This document shows, piece by piece, positions 1 through 7,957 of a stretch of 64,000 nt of DNA. The DNA comes from Candidatus Obscuribacteraceae bacterium. GTDB taxonomy: Bacteria; Cyanobacteriota; Vampirovibrionia; Obscuribacterales; Obscuribacteraceae. How positions within the stretch are numbered: position 1 is the stretch's first letter; every line of letters begins with the position of its first letter. The DNA is taken from positions 160,001 to 224,000 of the forward strand of contig JBGASG010000001.1 in assembly GCA_044229845.1 (NCBI GenBank), given 5' to 3'. A program made the translations under genes and the position numbers. The notes below the pieces were generated by a model, which had not been told where the DNA came from, made no database searches, and worked only from the letters and a program-made list of their open reading frames with translations.

Positions 1-812
1 CGTCCGACAGCTTTGGCAATCGGGCGCAGGCTGGCTACCAGGGCGATCATGTCTTCCAGCGAGAGCGCCTGACGAGCGTCAGAAACGGACTCTTCCGGAA
101 TCGGGTGACATTCGATCATGAGACCGTCGGCGCCGCAGGCGACAGCGGCGCGAGCCAGGTCGGCGACCAGTTCGCGTTTTCCGGCAGCGTGGCTGGGGTC
201 GGCGATGACCGGCAGGTGGGTGAGTTGCTTGAGGGCAACTACAGCGCCCAGATCCAGGACGTTACGGGTGTAGGTGTCGAAGGAGCGGATACCGCGCTCG
301 CAGAGGATGACGTTCGGGTTGCCGTGGGCGAGGATGTATTCGGCAGCCAGGATCATCTCTTCAATTGTGGCGGAGAGTCCACGCTTGAGCATGACCGGGG
401 TCTGCACCTGACCGGCGGCTTTGAGGAGGTCGAAGTTTTGCATGTTGCGGCTGCCGATTTGCAGCATGTCGGCGTGCTGGGCGACCAGCTCGACTTTGTC
501 GGGCGACATGACTTCGGTGACGGTGGGGATGCGGTGTTTGCGGCTGCAATCCGAAAGGATGGAGAGTCCGTTGTCACCCATTCCCTGGAAGGAGTAAGGG
601 GAGGTCCGGGGCTTGAATACGCCGCCCCGCAGCATTTGAACGGGCGCTTCCGCCAGTTTGGTGGCGACGAGTTCCATCTGCTCGACGCTTTCGACTGTAC
701 AGGGACCGCCGATGATGAGCAGCTGTTCCCCACCCACCACACAGTCTTCGCCGATGCGAATCTGGCTTACGTGGGTGGGGTTCTGTTTACTTGCTAGTTT
801 TGCCTCTGACAC
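1..812 (-). CDS. aroF: 3-deoxy-7-phosphoheptulonate (DAHP) synthase, type I-beta, 3' end runs off the window
   Basis: Manual translation of the minus strand from GTG at 812 (SD AGGAGA upstream) gives [42 protein letters not shown]. Later motifs include [38 protein letters not shown] and MIECHP. Confidence 0.95.
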   Translation of the reverse strand, partial: MSEAKLASKQNPTHVSQIRIGEDCVVGGEQLLIIGGPCTVESVEQMELVATKLAEAPVQMLRGGVFKPRTSPYSFQGMGDNGLSILSDCSRKHRIPTVTEVMSPDKVELVAQHADMLQIGSRNMQNFDLLKAAGQVQTPVMLKRGLSATIEEMILAAEYILAHGNPNVILCERGIRSFDTYTRNVLDLGAVVALKQLTHLPVIADPSHAAGKRELVADLARAAVACGADGLMIECHPIPEESVSDARQALSLEDMIALVASLRPIAKAVG

Positions 813-861
813 GGTGACACTCTCCTTTTCCTGAACTGAATTGAAAACTTCGTGGGTGCTG

Positions 862-897
862 AAAAACGAACCCGGACCTTGCTTGCTGGGGTCCGGG
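862..897 (-). terminator. Attenuator terminator 2 (proximal), intrinsic
   Basis: RNA CCCGGACC-(11 nt loop)-GGUCCGGG followed by UUCGUUUUU, about 50 nt upstream of the aroF start. Confidence 0.85.
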
Positions 898-925
898 CGG
901 GTGGCATTTCTAAATGCGGCACTAC

Positions 926-988
926 TTAACCCGGGAACCCCCTGGCAAAAAAGAAGTAGCCGTAAAACCAGTTGCGTTGCGTAGTCAT
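926..988 (-). CDS. Aromatic amino acid attenuator leader peptide 2, MTTQRNWFYGYFFFARGFPG (20 aa)
   Basis: ATG at 988, TAA at 926. Seven of eight consecutive codons are W/F/Y. The 3' part of the ORF can pair with the 5' arm of terminator 2. Confidence 0.85.
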   Translation of the reverse strand: MTTQRNWFYGYFFFARGFPG

Positions 989-1021
989 AACTTCGTGAAT
1001 CTATCCTTTGCGAAAGGCTCT

Positions 1022-1055
1022 AAAAACGAAAGGACCGCAGAACTTGCTGCGGTCC
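1022..1055 (-). terminator. Attenuator terminator 1 (distal), intrinsic
   Basis: RNA GGACCGCAG-CAAGUU-CUGCGGUCC (perfect 9 bp) followed by UUUCGUUUUU. Confidence 0.88.
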
Positions 1056-1080
1056 ACCTGGAGTGCGTTGAGCTATCAGC

Positions 1081-1131
1081 TCATGCCAGGTGAACCTCAG
1101 GGAACCAAAAATAAAAGTAGGCGGTGGTCAT
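1081..1131 (-). CDS. Aromatic amino acid attenuator leader peptide 1, MTTAYFYFWFPEVHLA (16 aa)
   Basis: ATG at 1131, TGA at 1081. Six consecutive aromatic codons (YFYFWF). GGUUCACCUGG in the ORF pairs with CCAGGUGGACC, which overlaps terminator 1. Confidence 0.87.
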   Translation of the reverse strand: MTTAYFYFWFPEVHLA

Positions 1132-1191
1132 TTTCGTTGTGATTCTCTATTTATGGCGTGTCGCGGCGCTTTTTCCGCAGCACGTAGACCC

Positions 1192-1220
1192 ATGGTAATT
1201 GCTGGGTTGGATTCGGTCAA
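1192..1220 (-). promoter_or_regulatory. sigma70-type promoter for the leader/aroF transcript
   Basis: TTGACC-N17-TACCAT on the minus strand (-35 at 1215-1220, -10 at 1192-1197). Confidence 0.75.
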
Positions 1221-1234
1221 CCCAAATGTAACGC

Positions 1235-1309
1235 AAAAAGAAAAGGCATCCGCAGAACAAGCATAACTAATCGATTTCGATATTTAAGTTCATGCGAGAC
1301 TGCGGATGC
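1235..1309 (-). terminator. Long rod-like hairpin with U-rich tail, probable terminator insulating the aroF promoter
   Basis: GCATCCGCAG (1246-1255) / CTGCGGATGC (1300-1309) with further internal pairing. The minus-strand tail is CUUUUCUUUUU. Confidence 0.5.
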
Positions 1310-1551
1310 TGTAAAGACTACTGTAACAAGAAATCTTCCAGACGGGAAGCCGTTTTCGGATCAAAAATCCAGAATTTTTTGAGGGGAGATCCGATAAAGA
1401 TCGCATCCCGGGATTAACAACCGGCCACGTTAAGCCAGGCAAGCGGAAAAGCCATCTATTTATGTAAGTGACGAGACGGCTCCGGCGACAGCCAATGCCG
1501 CCCTTCGACGGCCGAGCGGGCCCATCGGAACCGGAAATGAGCCAGGAGAGC

Positions 1552-1707
1552 CTAGTGTCCAGCCTCGGATGCGGTGGTGTCTTCTTCGATGTTTTTGTCG
1601 GTGAAGAACACGCCGTGCGCGCCCATCATGCTCAGACCGATTACCCAGCCGCCCATAATGGCTAAAAGCCAGAACCACTGACCGGCACCTTGATGCAATA
1701 AATCCAT
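1552..1707 (-). CDS. Small single-pass membrane protein (51 aa)
   Basis: MDLLHQGAGQWFWLLAIMGGWVIGLSMMGAHGVFF... with an AGGAAA SD, one hydrophobic helix and an acidic tail. Confidence 0.6.
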   Translation of the reverse strand: MDLLHQGAGQWFWLLAIMGGWVIGLSMMGAHGVFFTDKNIEEDTTASEAGH

Positions 1708-1879
1708 GTTTCTTTTCCTAGCTGGGGTATACCTACGTAGATTATGCCCTCTCGTGCGCATCTGCCCACCGACTGGCAGCCCGATTTTGCGGCATATGTA
1801 GCTCAGCCGCAGTCGGGGCGGCGGTGCGCAGAGAGTCCACAGGTTAGTGCCGCAATCGCGCACCACCTGTGGTGACGAA

Positions 1880-2194
1880 TTATGTCGATGGTGCCGGAGG
1901 CGTTTCATCGCTGGAGGGCGCCGGGGGCGCGGTCTCGGCGGACGGTTTCGCCACTTCTTCGGTGTCGGCGGAAGCAAACGCCGATTCGATAATCTTTGCC
2001 ATGTCACGAAACTCATAACCGAGCACCCAATATAGTCCGCACAGCATGCCGCGGCTGGAATGGTGCGCTATGTTTACCTTGTCCAGTGCAATCGGATCCA
2101 GTCTGTCCAATTGCTGAACCTGCTCAGATCGGTCACTGCCCTCGATACCGAGGAGTTCGATGATCTTGGTCTTGATTTCACTGTCGCTTCTCAT
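1880..2194 (-). CDS. Hypothetical protein (~104 aa)
   Basis: ORF 1880..2308; the likely start is MRSDSEIK with GGAAGG upstream. Globular N-part and Pro/Ala-rich tail. Confidence 0.55.
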   Translation of the reverse strand: MRSDSEIKTKIIELLGIEGSDRSEQVQQLDRLDPIALDKVNIAHHSSRGMLCGLYWVLGYEFRDMAKIIESAFASADTEEVAKPSAETAPPAPSSDETPPAPST

Positions 2195-2381
2195 TACAAC
2201 CGCCCTTCCGGCACCACGTGCAATAGTTTCTCTTTGTTCATTATAAACATCTGAGATGCCAGGTGAGCCTGCTGGCGACCATTCCATATATATGCTCGTA
2301 CTTAACAACTTGCTAAAACGCCCGCTTGAACGCCTGTGCTATAAAAGACCAGTCTTTACAGATCCAAAGGGGATGAAGTCG

Positions 2382-3485
2382 ATGAGATTCAGATCCAAAG
2401 AATTGCTGCCAGTGCTCGCCATTACCTTGGTCGGCGCCAATTCAGCGGCTGTTGCAGGTCCACAATCGGTTTTGGACCCTTATGCCAGCATTTCGGCACC
2501 GGCCGAGCTTCCGACCACCAAGCAGCAGCAAAAGCTGAAAGAGAAGCTGAAGAAACAGAAGAAGCCGCAAATGGCTCAAGAATTGTATGCACCACAGACG
2601 GTGCAAGAACAACCGACCACCGTCATGCAAACTCCGACGACGGTGATTCAAGAAACCCAGCGCCCCAAGCAAGCGAAAGCGGCTCCGGCGGCAACGCAAT
2701 CTACTCAAGCGGCAGCCCCGGCTTCGGTCGGTGGTGGCGGTAGTGACGACCCCAGCTTCCTCGGCGGTGCCAAGCAAATGACCGGTGCCATGGTCAACAG
2801 CACCAAGCAAGTCGGCTCTGGTATCGCTAACGGTGCCAAGTTCGTGGGCGGCGGTTTCATGAGCGGCGGTAAGAAGGCCGGCGGCGGCATCATGAGTGGT
2901 GCCAAAGCAGTCGGACATGGCTTCGCGGTTGCCGGCGGCAAGGTCAAAGACGGAACTATCGGCGCAGGCGAGAAAGTCGCCGGCGGCGCCAAAGCGGTCG
3001 GTTCGGGCATTGCCTCTGCCGGAGAAAAAGCCAAAGACGGCGGCGGTCACATCGGCTCCAAGCTGGTGGCTGTACCCAAAGCGATCGGCAGCGGACTGAA
3101 AGTCGGCGGCGAGAAATTTGTTGACGGCACCAAGGCTGTCGGCGGCGCCATCGCCGGTGGTACCAAGGCCGTGGGCGGCGCTGTCACCGGCGGCACCAAA
3201 GCCGTAGGCGAGAAAGTAGCTGACGGCACCAAAGCGGTGGGCGGCAAGGTTGCAGACGGCACGAAGGCAGTCGGCGGCAAGGTTGCCGACGGCACGAAGG
3301 CTGTCGGCAGCGGCGCCGTAGCGGCTGGCGATAAAGCCAAAGGCGGAATGGGCGGCGCAGTCGCCGGCACCGGCAAAGCAATCGTCGCCGTACCCGGCAA
3401 AATGATCGGCGGCTTGTCTAAGCTCAACCCCTGGCACAAGAAAGATGGTCAGGTCGCCATGCCTCAAGGCAAAGACACCCACTAA
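2382..3485 (+). CDS. Secreted Gly/Ala/Lys-rich protein with 11-residue repeats
   Basis: Signal peptide-like MRFRSKELLPVLAITLVGANSAAVA; repeats of GTKAVGGKVAD. Confidence 0.8.
   Translation: MRFRSKELLPVLAITLVGANSAAVAGPQSVLDPYASISAPAELPTTKQQQKLKEKLKKQKKPQMAQELYAPQTVQEQPTTVMQTPTTVIQETQRPKQAKAAPAATQSTQAAAPASVGGGGSDDPSFLGGAKQMTGAMVNSTKQVGSGIANGAKFVGGGFMSGGKKAGGGIMSGAKAVGHGFAVAGGKVKDGTIGAGEKVAGGAKAVGSGIASAGEKAKDGGGHIGSKLVAVPKAIGSGLKVGGEKFVDGTKAVGGAIAGGTKAVGGAVTGGTKAVGEKVADGTKAVGGKVADGTKAVGGKVADGTKAVGSGAVAAGDKAKGGMGGAVAGTGKAIVAVPGKMIGGLSKLNPWHKKDGQVAMPQGKDTH
3124..3310 (+). repeat. 33-nt coding tandem repeat (GTKAVGGKVAD-like)
   Basis: Recurrent (gac)ggcac(c/g)aa(a/g)gcngtnggc units at a 33-nt period. 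Confidence 0.85.
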
Positions 3486-3566
3486 TCCGGTACAAGCCGG
3501 CTAACTGAATTGACGCGCGCGTTGGCACTCGCGCCACGCACGGACACGCGTATCGAGTAGGTGGAC

Positions 3567-3947
3567 TCAGTGCACCGCTTTGGCGGTGGTGGCACCGCCG
3601 GTGCCGGGGCTAACGGCGCTGGCGCCTTCGACTGCTTCGTGAAAGGTCAGGTAGCTCTTGCCGTCGAAGACGGTGGTGTCCATCTCGCGTGAGTGCGCTT
3701 TCTTAAATGCGTCGCTGTGCACCCAGGCTTTGAAGGCGGCTTCGTCTTCCCAGCGGGTCAAAACCTGATATTCGTTGCCGCATGATTCGGGGGCGCTGCC
3801 CATGACCATGCGGCTTCCGGGTTTCAGAACATCGAGGCTGTGAAACCCGGGCTGATGCTCGACACTGCGGTCGCGCTCGCGAAACATCTTCTCGAAGTCG
3901 GCTTCCCGTCCCGCTTTCACCGGGATGTGATTGATTGATATGAACAT
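3567..3947 (-). CDS. Antibiotic biosynthesis monooxygenase (ABM/IsdG-HmoA-like) family protein
   Basis: N-x-I-x-V..GREADFE..F..R, PGF, and W..EAAFKAWVHSDAFKKAH motifs. Confidence 0.85.
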   Translation of the reverse strand: MFISINHIPVKAGREADFEKMFRERDRSVEHQPGFHSLDVLKPGSRMVMGSAPESCGNEYQVLTRWEDEAAFKAWVHSDAFKKAHSREMDTTVFDGKSYLTFHEAVEGASAVSPGTGGATTAKAVH

Positions 3948-3963
3948 GATGCGAACCTGTCCT

Positions 3964-4539
3964 TTACTGCGGGCTCTGCACGACTTTGTAGCCGGCGGGA
4001 ATAGCGAACACCGAGGCGTCCGGCGTTTTCATGGAAACGCTCTTCAACGTCATCGTGGTGGTGCCTTGCGGGGTTTTCGTAATGGACTTGACTGCGGCTT
4101 CCAGGTCGGTGGCAAGCCAGGTTTCGGTGCTGGTGTTGTTGGTCGACGAGTAGAGCCAACCCTTGCACGGATGCCCGTCGATCACCTTATTGCCGAGCGA
4201 CTTCGCCTGCAGTTTCTTCGCTGCCTCGTCCGTCATGATGTTGCCTTGCTGAGCGGGCATCCTCATTTTGTAAACCGTCTTCTGGGCGTCCATGATTGAG
4301 TACATGACCTTGCCGGGATAGTCTGCGACAGAGGTGATTTTCATGTTGGCGACCGTTTGCTGTGTCAGCACTTTGCCCTTGCCGTCGCTGGCCATGCGCA
4401 TCTGCGATGCACCGGTCGGGGTTGTCATGGCATAGGTTAAATCAAATGCTTTAGTCGGATAGTCGACTGCCAGAGCAGCCAGACCGCTGCTTGCCGCTGC
4501 CGTCACCAGGGTCGCCACCAGAAGTTTTGCCGCCTTCAT
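3964..4539 (-). CDS. Secreted protein, DUF4412/LolA-like beta fold
   Basis: Signal peptide; LGNKVIDGHPC motif; C-terminal PDASVFAIPAGYK. Confidence 0.7.
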   Translation of the reverse strand: MKAAKLLVATLVTAAASSGLAALAVDYPTKAFDLTYAMTTPTGASQMRMASDGKGKVLTQQTVANMKITSVADYPGKVMYSIMDAQKTVYKMRMPAQQGNIMTDEAAKKLQAKSLGNKVIDGHPCKGWLYSSTNNTSTETWLATDLEAAVKSITKTPQGTTTMTLKSVSMKTPDASVFAIPAGYKVVQSPQ

Positions 4540-4636
4540 TTCTAAGTCCTCGCTGGGAAGCCAATATTTTAGCCACTTGGCAGAAGATTGTGAGGCTCAC
4601 ACACACGGAAGCCGTCGATATCCACAAAAGGACATT

Positions 4637-4660
4637 CCTGGCACCAGATATGGTGCCAGG
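4637..4660. repeat. REP-like palindrome, copy 1
   Basis: CCTGGCACCA-GATA-TGGTGCCAGG; the 18-nt core is identical to that at 14543-14560. Confidence 0.7.
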
Positions 4661-4683
4661 CTAGAGATGGTCCATTGTCCTGC

Positions 4684-5109
4684 CTACATCGAGGAAGCCA
4701 GTCTCAGGCGTTCGCCTTCGATGATGGTTCCAGCGCGTCCTTCGCTGCGCGGGAATTCGCGTCCGCGCTGCAGCAGTTGCTTCTCGTAGCTCTCCGGATT
4801 GAAGATCGAGCAGAAGTACTCGATAGCGGCGTCTACGTCGAAGTCACGGCAGGAGAAGATATCCAGTGTGACGAATCCCTTGTCAGGGAAGGTGTGGATG
4901 GAGATATGGGACTCGGCAATGAGCACCACTCCACTAACACCCCAGTCATCTGGGACAGCTCCACTGTATCTGAACACGTACGGAGGCATTATCTTCGTCA
5001 TGTCCAGTTGGTCGGGATAGGCGTCCAAGGCTTGGGAGACCAGATTCAGATCTGCCAATTTTTCCTTGTCGCAACCGTATGCCTCGAGAATAAGATGTGG
5101 TCCAAACAT
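4684..5109 (-). CDS. speD: S-adenosylmethionine decarboxylase proenzyme (class 1B)
   Basis: GPHLILE, GVSGVVLIAE|SHISIHTFP self-cleavage motif, and DIFSC. Confidence 0.95.
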   Translation of the reverse strand: MFGPHLILEAYGCDKEKLADLNLVSQALDAYPDQLDMTKIMPPYVFRYSGAVPDDWGVSGVVLIAESHISIHTFPDKGFVTLDIFSCRDFDVDAAIEYFCSIFNPESYEKQLLQRGREFPRSEGRAGTIIEGERLRLASSM

Positions 5110-5344
5110 GTTCCTTTCCCCCTTTCAAAACCCTCGTTGAGCTACGAGCGGTTTCTGTGGTTTCCTACGCTTGCAAAGTGCTGGTGCTGACTATCGAATA
5201 GACCCAGCTGGAACTGCACTTTGTCGGGGTACACGAAACGCTTACCGTTACCAGTTTGGATTAGCCGTCCTGGATTAGTTGGGCGTTGTGTGTCTCCAAG
5301 TACCTCCCTGTTTTCAAGAAGTGATTAACGAGCAATGTATTGTA
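5110..5344 (-). promoter_or_regulatory. Long structured 5' leader of speD with a -10 box
   Basis: TACAAT at 5339-5344 (minus); hairpins at 5174-5223 and 5128-5154; short TTG uORF at 5261-5299. Confidence 0.45.
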
Positions 5345-5585
5345 CCCAAAAAAGTCCGGTTACGCAGGCAATCTTCATCTCTCGAAAATAATTCCCGCCG
5401 AGCTTTTTCTCGCCGCAGAAAAATCTCGTGAAAGCCGCATAAACACTCACTTCTCGCAAAGCGCGTCGGAGGGCGATATTGTTACGTAGCTTAGGGAACA
5501 TTCGGCCGGGCACTTCCGCCTCGACCCGTCACCGGCAAAACCTCCGCCGCCTGAGGTGGGCGCTCGCACCACCTGTAGGGTCAGC

Positions 5586-7877
5586 CTAATGGCTCCCAGA
5601 TTGGCTTTCCGGTTGCTGGCGAATCTTGACAGAGTGCCATTCTTCCGGCTTCCCGGACATGATTCGCCGAATCAGGCAATATTCATTGATAGGTTTGTCG
5701 TCCGTTAGGTCTCCCTGTTTGCCGGCCAGTATCTCTTGCACCGGCACCTCGGACTGCAAGACTCGCATCAGAAGAGTTGGCGGGTCCTCCTTGTCCTTCC
5801 CCTCCGAGCCTTCACCCAGGTCGGCGAGGACTGCAGCGGACAGGAGGCTGCGCAGCGTCTGCTCGTCGGGAATCACAATCGGTTTGTCGCTGGCAATCAG
5901 GTGATATCCCCAGCCTTCGGACGACTGGAAAGCTCTGACGTTCGCGAAGCTTTCCTTCAGTGAAGAAACCGTAGCAGCCAGCACGGCCCTCTCGTCGCTG
6001 GGGAACCAGAGCTGCAGGATGCCGCCGGGATTGAGGTGGGCGTGCAGTTGTTGGCAGAACTCCTTCGAATAGAGCAAGCTCGAACCGGCGGCTTCAATGG
6101 GCGGCGGCGGATCAATGGTGATGATGTCGAACATGCGATTGGCGCGTTTTAGGTACCGGCGTCCGTCGTCGACGACGATCTTGTCCAGGTTCGGCACAGT
6201 GTCCGGGTAGAAGTAGGGCAGTCCCTTCTTGACGCCGGGAACCAGCTCCACCACTGTCACATCAGGCGTCCAGCTCATTGCCGAACGAAAGCTCGTGCCC
6301 ATGCCCAGACAAATGACGAGAACGCTTTTCACCGGACTGTCGTGCAGCACAATCGGCAGGTGAGATTCCATTTTTACCCACGGACGGATCAAGGCGATGC
6401 GACGTCCGTTGATGATCAGCTCTGCAGTTTCTCCATGCCCCCAAAGCAGCGAAGTCGCAGCATAGTCGCGGTAAGTCTGAGCGCCGCCGATGCGAGGTTC
6501 TTCATACGAGCCGCACACGAAGACACCGACGCCGAGACCAGCTGCCAGAGTGGCCGTCCACAACAGTCGCCGGGCTTTGGGAAGCGTGCCTTGCCAGACT
6601 ACCTTCAATGCCAGAACGATCAGCGCCAGCGCAAGCAGCAGTCCTCCGAGCCGCGCACCGAGTTGTGGCAACAAGATATATGATGCCACCATCGGTCCGA
6701 CGATGCAGCCAATCGAATTGATTGCATAAGCTTTGCCGGCGATGCCGGGCAGACCGGAAGAGCATTTGTCGATCAGTTGCGGAGTCAAATAACCGAGCAC
6801 AAAAGAAAACGGTGCGATGCTGACCAGTGTAAGCATGGCTCGTGGTCCGGTTTCCGCCAGATAGTTGAGGCTCAAATAAATGACTTCGGTATTGAATCCA
6901 TTGAGCAAGGTCGGCAGAAGCGCGGTGCCGGCGGCAGCAATGATCAACTTTTCGAACGAGAGGGTGGTGCCGCGGCGCTTGTCGAAGACGTATCGCTGAC
7001 TGCCCAGCGCAGTCGAAATCAGGTAGACGAACAGAAGCAAGGCGAATGAATAGATGACAGTGCCCAGAACCGGCATGAATGACCGCGTCCAGATGATTTC
7101 AAACGCCATGGCGATGAAGCCGGTCAGAAAGAGCACCACGAACAGCAAGGGCGATGGATGAGCGTGGCTCTGCTGTTCCTCGATCTCTTCGCACTTCTCT
7201 TCGATGTTCTCTTTGAGCGCTTGCTTGCGCAGAGTCAAAGCCATGACTGCCACAACGATGTTGAGGGCGCAGCCTACGAAAAGGCAAGCGCGCAGTCCGA
7301 TCAGCTCGATCAAAATGAAGGCGGTGACGATCACGCTGCAAGAAGCACCACAGACGTTTGCCCAGTAAAGGAAGCCGAATGATGAGTCGTCAGCTATGTC
7401 TGTTTGTTTGATGTGCGCCATCATCAGGGGATATGTGAATCCCATGAGTGTGCACCAGATCAAAAGTGAGCCGGCAATTGTCACGGCAGACTGAAATAGA
7501 TAGGAGCCCGAGTCGGTGGTGCCTGCGCTTAGCAGCCAGTTCTCGCCGAGCTGGAAGCAAAACGGCACCGTCACCGCGCCCAGTCCGATCGCTACTTCTG
7601 TCAGGGAGTAAAGCTGGATGGCGGGCAGCTTCAGCTTTTTGCAGAACGGTATCACGGCTCGACCAGCGATTACGGAGCCGAGTGCCAGACCGGCCATGAA
7701 GACGGACACAACGATGGAGAGCACCGGCGTGACAACGCCGAAACTGGCGTAAGCAAGCCTCAGCCAAACTGTCTGATAAAGCAGGCCGCAAAACCCGGAC
7801 AGGAAGAAGCAAAGAAAGTAGATTCGCCGCTGCGGATCGGCGAATATCTGTTTCAACATCGACTCTTTTGTTGCCAA
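5586..7877 (-). CDS. Fused multi-TM / spermidine synthase-like protein
   Basis: About 13 hydrophobic helices (FFLSGFCGLLYQTVWLR), then an aminopropyltransferase-like domain (VLVICLGMG, VVELVP, DDGRRYL, FDIITIDPPPP). Confidence 0.88.
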   Translation of the reverse strand: MATKESMLKQIFADPQRRIYFLCFFLSGFCGLLYQTVWLRLAYASFGVVTPVLSIVVSVFMAGLALGSVIAGRAVIPFCKKLKLPAIQLYSLTEVAIGLGAVTVPFCFQLGENWLLSAGTTDSGSYLFQSAVTIAGSLLIWCTLMGFTYPLMMAHIKQTDIADDSSFGFLYWANVCGASCSVIVTAFILIELIGLRACLFVGCALNIVVAVMALTLRKQALKENIEEKCEEIEEQQSHAHPSPLLFVVLFLTGFIAMAFEIIWTRSFMPVLGTVIYSFALLLFVYLISTALGSQRYVFDKRRGTTLSFEKLIIAAAGTALLPTLLNGFNTEVIYLSLNYLAETGPRAMLTLVSIAPFSFVLGYLTPQLIDKCSSGLPGIAGKAYAINSIGCIVGPMVASYILLPQLGARLGGLLLALALIVLALKVVWQGTLPKARRLLWTATLAAGLGVGVFVCGSYEEPRIGGAQTYRDYAATSLLWGHGETAELIINGRRIALIRPWVKMESHLPIVLHDSPVKSVLVICLGMGTSFRSAMSWTPDVTVVELVPGVKKGLPYFYPDTVPNLDKIVVDDGRRYLKRANRMFDIITIDPPPPIEAAGSSLLYSKEFCQQLHAHLNPGGILQLWFPSDERAVLAATVSSLKESFANVRAFQSSEGWGYHLIASDKPIVIPDEQTLRSLLSAAVLADLGEGSEGKDKEDPPTLLMRVLQSEVPVQEILAGKQGDLTDDKPINEYCLIRRIMSGKPEEWHSVKIRQQPESQSGSH

Positions 7878-7957
7878 AAGCAGGATTGCTCGGTCCGGCG
7901 AGGGTTGTAGAACACATAGTACCCATCCCGCGTCTGCCTCAACCGAGTGCCGCTTTA

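Noticed and set aside
105..797. 230-aa plus-strand ORF in the ORF track
   Set aside because: It is the antisense shadow of the minus-strand DAHP synthase, which has the family motifs.
840..1190. T-box or metabolite riboswitch as the explanation for the aroF leader
   Set aside because: I saw no T-box UGGNACC bulge or stem I motifs. The uORFs with control codons and overlapping antiterminators explain the structure.
2442..3482. 346-aa minus-strand ORF and the many other long antisense ORFs (for example 49963-51129, 52446-53489, 13380-14345)
   Set aside because: These are shadows of genuine genes, expected from GC-rich codon bias; they show no motifs.
5110..5135. TTT-TGA antizyme/RF2-like frameshift site in frame just before speD
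   Set aside because: That frame has no start codon after the previous stop, so no ribosome would arrive there in frame.
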